DNA from: a virus
Reading direction: 5' to 3' (one strand)
Virus record (IMG/VR): IMGVR_UViG_3300042196_000102
Coordinates: 1 to 58,406 of that record
DNA: 58,406 nt
Shown: positions 1 to 7,988 of the stretch, one piece after another
How the letters are laid out: every line of letters begins with the position of its first letter
How positions within the stretch are numbered: position 1 is the first letter of the stretch
Position numbers and translations under genes: made by a program
Notes under the pieces: model-generated
What the model saw: only the letters and a program-made list of their open reading frames with translations
Database searches by the model: none
Told to the model about the DNA's origin: nothing

Positions 1-127
1 GAACCCGACCCCGTTCAGGAAAAATGTCTGGTTTTCAGACTGCTCATCCTCGGTCTGCCTCCTGTACATGGCTTGGAGCATCCGCCAGATCAGGTACCGA
101 TTCTCAAACTGCCAACACTGCGCGGTT
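1..127. repeat. 127-bp terminal sequence identical to the window end (circular-assembly overlap)
   Basis: Bases 1-127 are identical to 58280-58406. 127 nt is a common maximum assembler k-mer, so the contig closes into a circle of 58,279 unique bp. Confidence 0.95.
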
Positions 128-225
128 GGGTTGCCCAGCACCCACCGGATACGCCGTTCGGTCCAGCCTTCCTCGGCGGGCGGGCCGGGGTGGGAGAAGG
201 TTTCCGGGTTCATGGAGACACCCAT
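1..225 (-). CDS. N-terminal part of a 138-aa hypothetical protein that spans the circular junction
   Basis: ATG at 225-223 (minus) follows a GGGAGGG SD. The frame runs through base 1 and, via the duplicated 127 bp, joins ORF 58088-58360 (48+90 aa). It starts MGVSMNPETF. Confidence 0.6.
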   Translation of the reverse strand, partial: MGVSMNPETFSHPGPPAEEGWTERRIRWVLGNPTAQCWQFENRYLIWRMLQAMYRRQTEDEQSENQTFFLNGVGF

Positions 226-256
226 GAGTCCCTCCCTTTTTTGAGCGTGGTTTTGG

Positions 257-500
257 GTGTGTCACCAGTCACTACCTTCGGTAGATATTCTATCTTCGCA
301 CGCGCGCGCGCGTAAAAGGTTGTGGGGGGGTAAGTGGTGACACTGGTGACACGCCCTAAAGTATTGTTTATAGGCAACTTGTGACTACCCATGGCACCAG
401 CAACGGAATTGTAGAGTGGTGACACATCCCCAAATTGGGGGCAAAACGGGGGGTTGCCGTGCAATGTGTCACCACTCTTCCAACTCATACTGGTGACACC
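257..500. repeat. Iteron-like cluster of six copies of GGTGACAC (putative replication origin or operator)
   Basis: GGTGACAC lies at 336-343, 345-352, 418-425 and 492-499, and its complement GTGTCACC at 259-266 and 466-473. The extended consensus is (G/C)TGGTGACAC. AT-rich patches (281-298, 356-380) and an alternating CG run (297-314) lie between copies. This is the largest non-coding region and it sits beside the primase-helicase gene. Confidence 0.6.
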
Positions 501-1711
501 TCGGGTTGTTCCGTGGGTTGAGTGTAGACCCATTTCCGTCCCGCCTTCCTGCCCCCTAGCCGAACTTGCCTCCTGACCCAACCATTAATCCGCAAGTGCC
601 GGACCACCCGGTTCTGGTCGGCCTGTGTACATTCACCTAACATCTTACTTAGCGGGCCGGCCAGCAACTCGGAAACCGACACGGACGTGTGCTTGAGGCA
701 GTACTGGTCAATCAACTCCCCCCAGCAGTCCTGCTCCAACCGTGTCTTCTGTTCCCCATCAGCCATACGGATCAACCAGTTATCCGGCCAGTGTGGTAAC
801 TCAGACTTATACTGGTGGACCGCCTCGGCCCAGAGTTGCTCACGGTCCTTGGCTAACCCCCAGAAGTCTGCCCGCTCACAGTGGACGGGCCAATACCGCC
901 GGTTACCCTCCTCGTCATATAGCCAAGTCGCCCGGTCTGTCGTGCCGGCAAATACGCACTGCCTTGGGTACTGCTGGACCCGGCGCCCATAGGGGGGCTT
1001 GTAGCAGTCCACGCGGCGGGTTAGGAACGCCTTGAGCCGGTCCCCCTTGTACTTGGTGTAATTGGAAATCTCGGGCAGCTCGATGATCCAATGGCCCGGC
1101 AGGTGCATGGCCGTGTCCTTGGTGCCAAACTCCTGGAGGTCGTCGGAGAACCAGTGGCCAGCCAGGATCTTGAGGGATTGACTCTTACCGAGGCCCTGTT
1201 TGCCTTCCAGGACCAACACGTAGTCCACCTTGCAGCCAGGCTTATACACCCGTGCGACTGCCGACCGCATCCACAGTTGCCCGACGGTGGAGGTGTACTC
1301 ATTGTGCTCAACCCCCAAGTAAACCGTGAGCCAGAGATCCAGCCGTGGTACGTGGTCCCATTCTAGGCGCTCCAGATAGAGTTTGACGGGGTGGAACGGG
1401 TTCCGGGAAGCCACCACCCCAACCGCTTCCGAGGCCACTCGGGAGGAAACCAGCACCATGTGCTCCTGGAGCCAGGCCGCCGTCTGGTGGTCGTCCTCGT
1501 CGGCCCACTGCCCACCCCCGGTCCTCCACGGCGGCGGCTTGTGGCAAGCGATGGCACCGGTGAAGCTGTTGAACGCCAGGACCCCTTGCCAGACTGGGTC
1601 GTCGGTCAACAAGTTTATGGCACCAGCCAAGTTGGGGCTGTATCGGTCGCGGGAGGATTTGTCTGTATCTGGGTGTTTGTCTCTAGGTCTATCATGGTAG
1701 GCAGTTTCCAC
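485..1711 (-). CDS. VirE-family / D5-like primase-helicase (P-loop NTPase)
   Basis: 408-aa ORF. Walker A is GKQGLGKS and the Walker-B-like strand is HWIIELPE. The layout is typical of virulence-associated protein E and phage/plasmid primase C-terminal helicases. Confidence 0.85.
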   Translation of the reverse strand: METAYHDRPRDKHPDTDKSSRDRYSPNLAGAINLLTDDPVWQGVLAFNSFTGAIACHKPPPWRTGGGQWADEDDHQTAAWLQEHMVLVSSRVASEAVGVVASRNPFHPVKLYLERLEWDHVPRLDLWLTVYLGVEHNEYTSTVGQLWMRSAVARVYKPGCKVDYVLVLEGKQGLGKSQSLKILAGHWFSDDLQEFGTKDTAMHLPGHWIIELPEISNYTKYKGDRLKAFLTRRVDCYKPPYGRRVQQYPRQCVFAGTTDRATWLYDEEGNRRYWPVHCERADFWGLAKDREQLWAEAVHQYKSELPHWPDNWLIRMADGEQKTRLEQDCWGELIDQYCLKHTSVSVSELLAGPLSKMLGECTQADQNRVVRHLRINGWVRRQVRLGGRKAGRKWVYTQPTEQPEVSPV

Positions 1712-1738
1712 ACTTCTCTCCCTTGTAAAAGTAAGGGC

Positions 1739-1767
1739 TTGACAGTTCTGGACCGGTGGGTTATGCT
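1739..1767 (+). promoter_or_regulatory. Sigma70-like promoter (-35 TTGACA, 17 nt, -10 TATGCT)
   Basis: TTGACA at 1739-1744, a 17-nt spacer, then TATGCT at 1762-1767. It lies in the divergent intergenic region between the VirE-like gene and the HTH gene. Confidence 0.45.
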
Positions 1768-1923
1768 GAGGGTGTTAGGCCCTTCCGCCTTTAGTCCTCA
1801 GCGTGGGGGGCGGCGTTCAACGCCCCCTTAGCCCAATTCCCTTTTGGCCGTCAGGCCACGCTAGAATCATACTCCCGAATCCGCAAAGGGTCAAGACCCA
1901 AACCGCCACCCCCGTCCAGGTTG

Positions 1924-1952
1924 TTGACCATCAGGCAATACCGTGCTATGAT
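1924..1952 (+). promoter_or_regulatory. Sigma70-like promoter giving a leaderless HTH-repressor mRNA
   Basis: TTGACC at 1924-1929, a 17-nt spacer, then TATGAT at 1947-1952. The ATG at 1959 lies only 6 nt after the -10 and has no SD. Confidence 0.5.
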
Positions 1953-1958
1953 GCCTGC

Positions 1959-2204
1959 ATGGGACGCTCTTCCTCTACCACCCTGGACCCTGGCAACCGT
2001 GTGGCCGAACGCCTGCAACGTACCACGTATGGCCGACTGGCACGTGCTACCGGCCTCACCACTTCCTTTGTGTCCCGGCTCCTGCGTGGTCAAAGGACCC
2101 CCACCATGAACACGGCCATGAAGTTGGCCACGGAGCTGGGGGTCACGTTGGAAGACCTATTCGACTACATCAAGGCCCAATCGGGGGCTGGTCAAGCTGC
2201 TTGA
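1959..2204 (+). CDS. XRE/Cro-CI-type helix-turn-helix transcriptional regulator
   Basis: 81 aa from the internal ATG at 1959 (the track ORF starts at 1803). The HTH-like stretch is YGRLARATGLTTSFVSRLLRGQRTPTMNTAMKLATELGVTLEDLF. It is divergent from the replication gene. Confidence 0.75.
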   Translation: MGRSSSTTLDPGNRVAERLQRTTYGRLARATGLTTSFVSRLLRGQRTPTMNTAMKLATELGVTLEDLFDYIKAQSGAGQAA

Positions 2205-2418
2205 GGGTGCCACCCTCCAACCAGAGGGACTCCCGCAGCGTCTCCCCCGTCTCATAAACCTCCACCCTTGCCCCTTCCCGGCCCTCCAGCGCCTTTTCCG
2301 CCCACTCCCAGATGGTTGGGAGACTTCCCCCGTAGACCTGTTGCGCCTTGGGCCTCTCAGGGCCACTGGCGGCGGGGCTACTGGTGGGGGGCAGGACAAG
2401 GATGGCACGGTACCTCAT
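2170..2418 (-). CDS. Hypothetical protein (82 aa)
   Basis: The ATG overlaps the upstream stop (ATGA at 2415-2418). The 3' end converges on the HTH gene and overlaps it by 35 nt. No domain recognised. Confidence 0.5.
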   Translation of the reverse strand: MRYRAILVLPPTSSPAASGPERPKAQQVYGGSLPTIWEWAEKALEGREGARVEVYETGETLRESLWLEGGTLKQLDQPPIGP

Positions 2419-2672
2419 AGTCCTCCTCGTCTCTCGAAAAGACAGAGCGGTAGCCGTGCAAATGGACGCTCCGGGTGAAGGATCTGCTCTGCCGAGACTA
2501 CAACAACGTTCACAAAAAGCCTGCGGCATCGCCCACATGTATAGCTAAACCCGCCTCGCACCGAGTTGCTATCGACGGTGTAGACCGTACCAATCTGAAT
2601 TGAATCGTCCAATACAGGGTAACCGCACGGACAAAATGAGAGATGCAGCAACGGCTTTTCTTCCAGTTTCAT
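2415..2672 (-). CDS. Hypothetical small Cys-rich protein (Zn-ribbon-like)
   Basis: 85 aa from ATG 2672 (the track uses GTG 2687). It has the cysteine pairs CPC and CGRC. Confidence 0.5.
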   Translation of the reverse strand: MKLEEKPLLHLSFCPCGYPVLDDSIQIGTVYTVDSNSVRGGFSYTCGRCRRLFVNVVVVSAEQILHPERPFARLPLCLFERRGGL

Positions 2673-2680
2673 TGCAGCTT

Positions 2681-2839
2681 CTAACACACGCCGTACTCCT
2701 CCCGCAAGGTTTCGAGTGCCCGCCGGAACTCGGCCTGGGTCAACTCCGCCACGTCCCCCACCTCAATATCCAGCTCGTGGTACAGCCAGTGCTCGATCCA
2801 ATGCTTGTCGATGCCGTCCGAGATCCCCGCCTCAACCAT
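2681..2839 (-). CDS. Hypothetical protein (52 aa, below the ORF-track cutoff)
   Basis: My own translation reads MVEAGISDGIDKHWIEHWLYHELDIEVGDVAELTQAEFRRALETLREEYGVC. Its ATG shares one base with the upstream TAA (TAATG), and it fills an otherwise empty gap. Confidence 0.4.
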   Translation of the reverse strand: MVEAGISDGIDKHWIEHWLYHELDIEVGDVAELTQAEFRRALETLREEYGVC

Positions 2840-3075
2840 TACACCTCCTCCTCCAGTTTGACTCTCTTCTCGGCATCATTGCGACTATACCAGACAATGC
2901 AGGGCCACCTACGCCGGCCTGAGGAGCGGGCTTTGTGGAAGTACTCAAACTTAACCAACTGCCACAGTCCGGCGGGCCACTCGTGGCATACGGCAACAAG
3001 CCCCTCACCACACTTTGGGCATCTGAGGTCCTTCCTAAGCAGTGGTTGCGGGATCTTTGGGAATGGTCCGCCCAT
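2839..3075 (-). CDS. Hypothetical protein (78 aa, CPKC Zn-ribbon-like)
   Basis: The ORF abuts its neighbours. It has a CPKC motif plus distal Cys/His. No family recognised. Confidence 0.5.
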   Translation of the reverse strand: MGGPFPKIPQPLLRKDLRCPKCGEGLVAVCHEWPAGLWQLVKFEYFHKARSSGRRRWPCIVWYSRNDAEKRVKLEEEV

Positions 3076-3482
3076 TAGTGTATCCCTCCTCCCACCTCCA
3101 CTAACCCAATCCCACCCGTGCCATGCACAGGGCAGTCCGACCGTGGCTTGGCCTTTCTGGTGACCTGGAGGCGGGGGCAGGTGCAGGGGGAGTCCCCAAT
3201 GTAGCCCCGCCGCAGGACCTCCAGGGCCACTTCAGCCACCACCCGCTCCTTGATTGTTGGCAGGGTAGGGATGGCCCGCTCGTCTCCCAGCAAGGCGAGG
3301 ACGGCCCGGTACAGGCAACGGAGGTCCTTTTCCCCGGTCCACCCCTTGCCGGCGATCTCGTCCCGCATGGTTTCCGCGTCAGCCCGTGTCCTGACCATGC
3401 CGGTACTATAGAGCTTGATGAGGACTTGCTGGGCCTGGAGGTCTGAGTGCTCGCCGTCAACTGGCAATGGGCTTCTCCTCAA
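3075..3482 (-). CDS. Hypothetical protein (135 aa)
   Basis: Long minus-strand ORF in the operon context. No recognisable motif. Confidence 0.55.
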   Translation of the reverse strand: MRRSPLPVDGEHSDLQAQQVLIKLYSTGMVRTRADAETMRDEIAGKGWTGEKDLRCLYRAVLALLGDERAIPTLPTIKERVVAEVALEVLRRGYIGDSPCTCPRLQVTRKAKPRSDCPVHGTGGIGLVEVGGGIH

Positions 3483-3753
3483 TATGGTTCAATGTTCTGT
3501 TCCGCGACTCCGCGACAGTTTCCGATCCATTGCCAAAGGTGCAACCTTCCACAGTACAGCCATATTTCCGGGTAAAGAAAAGCCGATGATTGTTGGAGCA
3601 ACAGCCTTGCTCAAAAGAAGTGTTTCTATCGTGGCAATGATACTTACCCTCTACATCATAGAAACTATGGACTCGTATGTCTGTCGTTTGCATGATACCG
3701 GCCATGTGTATCGTGCTCTTTTTGCCTTCACGCGCACACACCGGGCATTTCAT
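3457..3753 (-). CDS. Hypothetical Cys/His-rich protein on a low-GC islet
   Basis: 98 aa with CPVC, HCH, CC and C-x2-C motifs. It is visibly AT-richer than its flanks. ATGA overlap with the integrase stop. Confidence 0.55.
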   Translation of the reverse strand: MKCPVCAREGKKSTIHMAGIMQTTDIRVHSFYDVEGKYHCHDRNTSFEQGCCSNNHRLFFTRKYGCTVEGCTFGNGSETVAESRNRTLNHIEEKPIAS

Positions 3754-4436
3754 AAATCTACTCCCCTCATCGCCTTCTGGTAATCCCCCTCCACATCCGT
3801 CAGGGCAAGGTGCGTGTACACTTCAAGGCTCTTGCGGGAGGCGTGCCCAGTAATCAGTTGTATCTGGGCATCCTCCATCCCATTTCTCTTCAGCCATGTT
3901 ATCAGTTGGTGCCTGAACAGGTGAGGGTGTACCCCCTCAAACCCATTCTCTAGGGCGTACTTGGCCACGATCTGCCTCACCCGCCGGGTGGTGTAGGGCC
4001 TGCCCCACGCGCTCTCGAAAAGGTACTCCTTGGTCGGGTGGGCCTCCATGTATGCCTTCAGCAGCAGCCGGAACCCATCCTTGAAGAGCACGTATCGGTC
4101 CTTATCACCCTTGCCCTGCTCAATAAATATCCTATTGGCCCCTAAGTCCAAGTCTGACAACTTGATCTTGACAAATTCCCCAACCCTCACCCCCGTGTAG
4201 TACAGCAGTCGTAACATGATCTGATGCTTGAGGTCCCCGCCTTCGTCCATCTGATTGTAGAACCGCTTGAGGGCTTCGTCGGAGAGCAGCTTGGGGAGAT
4301 GGCGGGAGGGGCGTGGACGGCTCAGTCCCACCTCCTGCCGGACTTCCTTGCAGATATCCACGAAGGAGGGGTAGTCCAAGTGGTGCTGGCGGACCAACTT
4401 GGCGATGGCCCGGATGAGGAGGGAGCGGGAGGTCAC
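3750..4436 (-). CDS. Tyrosine recombinase / integrase (Xer-like, 228 aa)
   Basis: Catalytic motifs are present: YYTGVRVGE (Arg), HPHLFRH (H-x-x-R) and LITGHASRKSLEVYTHL (His and the nucleophilic Tyr). Confidence 0.9.
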   Translation of the reverse strand: MTSRSLLIRAIAKLVRQHHLDYPSFVDICKEVRQEVGLSRPRPSRHLPKLLSDEALKRFYNQMDEGGDLKHQIMLRLLYYTGVRVGEFVKIKLSDLDLGANRIFIEQGKGDKDRYVLFKDGFRLLLKAYMEAHPTKEYLFESAWGRPYTTRRVRQIVAKYALENGFEGVHPHLFRHQLITWLKRNGMEDAQIQLITGHASRKSLEVYTHLALTDVEGDYQKAMRGVDL

Positions 4437-4633
4437 TCCACCTCCACTTTGATACCATGGGTGATGCGGGACTCCTTGTCCTCATCTCCCCATTGCCGAC
4501 TCCAGGAACGGTGTGGACCTTTGTGCTCGGCCTTCCGTTGACAACAACGGTAGCGAATGGGTAGATCAGTATACCCACTTTTACGCGCCCTATACTCGGG
4601 AATCTGTGCCAAGCACAGGGAGTTGGACTTCAC
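4433..4633 (-). CDS. Hypothetical basic protein upstream of the integrase (66 aa)
   Basis: GTG 4633 overlaps the upstream TGA (GTGA), with a GAGGAGGG SD 7 nt upstream. ATGA overlap with the integrase start. The track ORF (to 4672) is probably over-extended. Confidence 0.45.
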   Translation of the reverse strand: MKSNSLCLAQIPEYRARKSGYTDLPIRYRCCQRKAEHKGPHRSWSRQWGDEDKESRITHGIKVEVE

Positions 4634-5202
4634 CTTCTTGCCCTCCTCTTCCGCTGCGCCGCAAGACACCAACTCCCCATGTACCCGCCCAGGCGCAGGT
4701 ACTTCCTGAACCGCTGGTGCAGTTTGGCGGCTTCCTCAGCGGTATCCTCGTTGAAGTGGGGCCAGATATCAAAGTAGATGGTGTCGAACTTTTGGCCCTT
4801 GATCGGCCTCCACTGGCAGATGTCGGCACAGAATATCTCGCAGGTGGAGAAGGCCGGGCCAACGAGGGTAATCACGTCCACTTCCTTCTCCACGACCGTC
4901 ACCGTGTTGCACCGTTTGAGTAGAGGGTCCAGGATCAGTCCCAACCCCAACCCTGCCACTAGGCAATCTCCCTTAGCCCTCCTCAGTACCTCCCAGTTGG
5001 TCTCCCTTTCAAACTCCGCATCCGTCATCACCAGATCGTTCCGCACAAACAGCCGGGCGTACTTGTCCCGGTACAGGGGTTGGCCATGGATGGCCCCGTC
5101 CAGTCTGTCCCGTCTGGAGGGGGTATCGTGGGTAACGCGGGCCGCCCCCACTTGGCCGGGAGGGATCTTTTTGAGAACATCCGTGAAGGCTGGGCGCTGC
5201 AT
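4630..5202 (-). CDS. Class I SAM-dependent methyltransferase-like protein
   Basis: 190 aa. Motif I-like CLVAGLGLGLI is followed by the acidic strand VTVVEKE. The substrate is not inferable. Confidence 0.6.
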   Translation of the reverse strand: MQRPAFTDVLKKIPPGQVGAARVTHDTPSRRDRLDGAIHGQPLYRDKYARLFVRNDLVMTDAEFERETNWEVLRRAKGDCLVAGLGLGLILDPLLKRCNTVTVVEKEVDVITLVGPAFSTCEIFCADICQWRPIKGQKFDTIYFDIWPHFNEDTAEEAAKLHQRFRKYLRLGGYMGSWCLAAQRKRRARR

Positions 5203-5208
5203 AAGGGT

Positions 5209-5243
5209 AGCCTAGCACACCCCTTGCCTGGTAGTCAAGACCC
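5209..5243 (-). promoter_or_regulatory. Conserved phage promoter motif, copy d
   Basis: The minus strand reads GGGTCTTGACTACCAGGCAAG, then 18 nt, then TAGGCT, then 6 nt, then ATG 5202. This would give a near-leaderless transcript. Confidence 0.5.
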
Positions 5244-5255
5244 TTGAGGGTGGGG

Positions 5256-5759
5256 TCAGTCTAGGGCCATCGCCAGCGCCACGGCCCCACCCAGGATCAA
5301 GGCCCCGGTGACCCAACCCGTCCCCAACCCCGCCGTCAGACTGCCCGGCTGTGGCAACGGGGTACCGGGGTAGGTGGCAGGTAGACCGGGTTGCCCCCCA
5401 AACATGGCCTTGGCCCCCAATACCGTGGCGGCGTAGGTGCGGGAAGAATCGGGAATGTTGCCCCGTGTGCAGGCGTCGGGGCCGGAGTTGTAGGCCATCA
5501 GCGCCAAGTCCTCCCGCCCGCAGATGGAGAGCATCTGGCGCAAGTACGTTACCCCGCCCCGGATGTTGCTGGCCAAGTCGGTTGGGTCCACGTTGAGGGA
5601 GGCGGCAGTCGAGGGCAGCAATTGGAATACCCCCACCTCCCCTGCCGTGCCCCGTGCCCCCTGGTTGAAGCTACTCTCGACTTGAGCGAGGGCGAGAGCA
5701 AGGGCGGGGTCTACGGCTTGCCGTTGGGCCTCCTGCGTAATCATCTCCTGGACTGTCAT
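5256..5759 (-). CDS. Lytic transglycosylase (SLT domain) with a C-terminal TM anchor
   Basis: AQVESSFNQ carries the catalytic Glu-Ser. GVFQLLP and LMAYNSGP motifs are present. The C-terminal hydrophobic helix is WVTGALILGGAVALAMAL. Confidence 0.85.
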   Translation of the reverse strand: MTVQEMITQEAQRQAVDPALALALAQVESSFNQGARGTAGEVGVFQLLPSTAASLNVDPTDLASNIRGGVTYLRQMLSICGREDLALMAYNSGPDACTRGNIPDSSRTYAATVLGAKAMFGGQPGLPATYPGTPLPQPGSLTAGLGTGWVTGALILGGAVALAMALD

Positions 5760-5944
5760 ACTGCCAGTGCCGCCAGTCTAGGTAGGAGCCACAACAGGAG
5801 CCACAACACCAGCCCCAACACGATCAACACGTTGACGATGTTCTTGATCCTGGGGTCAATCGACAGGGTACTCAGCAAGTACCAGCACAGCCCCACTATC
5901 GCCAGCACCACCAGGATCACCGCCATCAGGTTTACTACCGGCAT
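5756..5944 (-). CDS. Holin-like small membrane protein
   Basis: 62 aa with two strongly hydrophobic helices, sandwiched between two muralytic enzyme genes. Confidence 0.55.
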   Translation of the reverse strand: MPVVNLMAVILVVLAIVGLCWYLLSTLSIDPRIKNIVNVLIVLGLVLWLLLWLLPRLAALAV

Positions 5945-5956
5945 ATTCAGCCTCCC

Positions 5957-6271
5957 TCAGGCCCCTTGCTTCGGGTCCCACTCACAATGCAAATGATCGG
6001 CCTCCAGCACCACGTCCCACTCTGACCCCAAGGCCATTGCCAACGTATCCTTGAGTTTGTCGGCCTCCTCCTGCATGATCCCCGCCGCAGCGGTGCGGCA
6101 ATCGAAGGCGCACCCTTTGTAATGCAGGCTCCCGCTGGCGTGTGTGGAATCGCAGATTGAGGTAATAGTGAGCGTGTGCCCGTGGTCCTGGTACACGCGG
6201 TCGGCCACCAGCAAGCCCACTACGGCCTCGGGGCGGAGGCCCAGGAGCCGTACACCAAGCTTGAGGTTCAC
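5957..6271 (-). CDS. Peptidase M15 (VanY / L-Ala-D-Glu peptidase-like) endolysin
   Basis: Zn-ligand motifs are H-x6-D (SLHYKGCAFD) and H-x-H (DHLHCEW), in a protein of the typical ~100-aa size. Confidence 0.75.
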   Translation of the reverse strand: MNLKLGVRLLGLRPEAVVGLLVADRVYQDHGHTLTITSICDSTHASGSLHYKGCAFDCRTAAAGIMQEEADKLKDTLAMALGSEWDVVLEADHLHCEWDPKQGA

Positions 6272-6900
6272 TGGGCCACCTTCATCCTCGCCACGTTCCC
6301 CAAGTCCAAGGTGAACCTTTGCATCTGCACCCCGTCCGGTTGCTTGCTGGTAAACAGGAACACCGTCTGGGCCTGCCCCGGCCCAAGGCTAGCGGCCTCT
6401 CGCCAACTCAACTTAGTGAAGTTGCCCGCAATCTGGATCTCCTCCCCCCGGAACTGGTCCACAATCCAGGGCAGGATCTTGACCCCTTCTGCTGCGCCAG
6501 CGGCTACTTGGGGCGGGGCACTCACCAAGCCCGAGGTAGTGACCGTGGCCACGATCCCCCCTACCACCAACCCTACTCGGCCCACCCGGTTCCAGTGGGT
6601 AGTGGACTCGGCCCGGTCAATGATGGGCTGGAGGACTTCGGGTAGGTAGGGTACGGTCTGGATCATCCTGGCCCGGATCGCCCCCGGCTGGACCATTACC
6701 TGTTCAGCGGACCTGTTCTCCAGGGCCACCGCCCACACCGTGATCAGCTTGGTGGCCTGCTTCCCAAGCATCTGTTGGACGTACTTGACCTGCTCGGGGC
6801 TGGTGAGGGGTTGGGCCGTCACCTCTACCAGTTGGGCAAGGGTGGGCAAGGGTATAAGAAGGGCTAATAGCAGTGTGCGCATAAGAGTGGTGTGGGCCAA
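6268..6900 (-). CDS. Secreted / exported hypothetical protein
   Basis: 210 aa with an N-terminal signal-peptide-like segment, MRTLLLALLIPLPTLAQL. Confidence 0.65.
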   Translation of the reverse strand: MAHTTLMRTLLLALLIPLPTLAQLVEVTAQPLTSPEQVKYVQQMLGKQATKLITVWAVALENRSAEQVMVQPGAIRARMIQTVPYLPEVLQPIIDRAESTTHWNRVGRVGLVVGGIVATVTTSGLVSAPPQVAAGAAEGVKILPWIVDQFRGEEIQIAGNFTKLSWREAASLGPGQAQTVFLFTSKQPDGVQMQRFTLDLGNVARMKVAQ

Positions 6901-6985
6901 CCACGTCTATGGCAAGATGGTAGGCCCACCCTTTCTCCCTGGCCTCTAGCACGGTGGAGTGTCAATGAGACCCGGGGAAGCCTTG

Positions 6986-7588
6986 TTACTCCTTGTTGCC
7001 CGCCAGCGCCTGGGCCACCGCCGCTGCCACCACCGCCCCGATTGCCTTCAGAGAGGCATCGTCGATGGTCACGGCCCTCAACACAACCCCCTCCGCCGCC
7101 CCTTGCGACGGTTCCAGGTTCCACTCGTGGTCGATGGCGATGTCGCTGTGCCGTACCGCCTGCTTGCCCACCATGTTGGCCGTCTCCACCGCGTTCTGAA
7201 GTGCCTGGAGAGCCACCTTGCGGGTGTCGTTGTCGTGGGTCTGGGCATCCGAGAGCACCTTGTCCACATACGACCGGTTCCGTTTGATGGACTCCAAGGA
7301 CTCCTGCTGGTACTCGTCGTAGGTCCGCTTCACATTGGCGAACAGTACCCCCTGGTTGTCCACGCCGGCGGTCTGCAACCTTTCGGCAAACCCTGTCTCC
7401 TCCTGGAGCACCTGTGTGGCCTGGGAGCTGAGCTTCTGGGCCAAGTCGGATACGGCTTGGTTGACTTGTTGAGCAGTCTGTGAGGCGGACTGTACGCTTG
7501 CCGCCGCCTGCGCCACCTGCTCTACCAATTGCGCGATCTCACGGGCGGTCGTGTCAGACCGCTCTGTTTCACCTGCTTGTTTGTCCAT
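6986..7588 (-). CDS. Hypothetical coiled-coil protein (200 aa)
   Basis: The N half is Gln/Ala/Ser-rich and heptad-like. No family recognised. Confidence 0.65.
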   Translation of the reverse strand: MDKQAGETERSDTTAREIAQLVEQVAQAAASVQSASQTAQQVNQAVSDLAQKLSSQATQVLQEETGFAERLQTAGVDNQGVLFANVKRTYDEYQQESLESIKRNRSYVDKVLSDAQTHDNDTRKVALQALQNAVETANMVGKQAVRHSDIAIDHEWNLEPSQGAAEGVVLRAVTIDDASLKAIGAVVAAAVAQALAGNKE

Positions 7589-7616
7589 GCTACCTTTCCT
7601 TTTCCTTTTCTCAGAA

Positions 7617-7988
7617 TTAGACCCTATTTAGGCCCCCAATCTTCTTGCCTTTGGCCTTGGCCAAGTACTCTTCCACCTGTTTGGCGATGGAGGGCAGGCT
7701 GTAGCCGGGCCGACCCCTTACACCTGCCACTGAGTAGTGTACATCCATTGCCATGTCCCCCGCAATTGCCATGGCACCCTCCCTTGGCAGGAAGGTGCTG
7801 AACCAGCGGGCTGAGAGGGTCTTGTGGATGCCGAGGCCCCCATCGGCCCGGCGCCGGGGGTCTGGGTTGAGCACCACCACCCCCCACCCGCCGACCTCAG
7901 TCACGGGTAGGACTAGGGTTGTAATCTCTTCGGGGATCATTCCCTCCAAGTATGCCCGAACGTGCTCTGCAAACTCTTTTGCCGTCAT
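7617..7988 (-). CDS. Hypothetical protein (123 aa)
   Basis: ATG 7988 overlaps the upstream stop (ATGA). The track start at 8036 is probably over-extended. Confidence 0.55.
   Translation of the reverse strand: MTAKEFAEHVRAYLEGMIPEEITTLVLPVTEVGGWGVVVLNPDPRRRADGGLGIHKTLSARWFSTFLPREGAMAIAGDMAMDVHYSVAGVRGRPGYSLPSIAKQVEEYLAKAKGKKIGGLNRV

Noticed and set aside
297-314. Alternating CG/CA run as an independent Z-DNA element
   Set aside because: It is only about 18 nt long and lies inside the iteron/AT-rich region, so I treat it as part of the putative origin rather than a separate feature.
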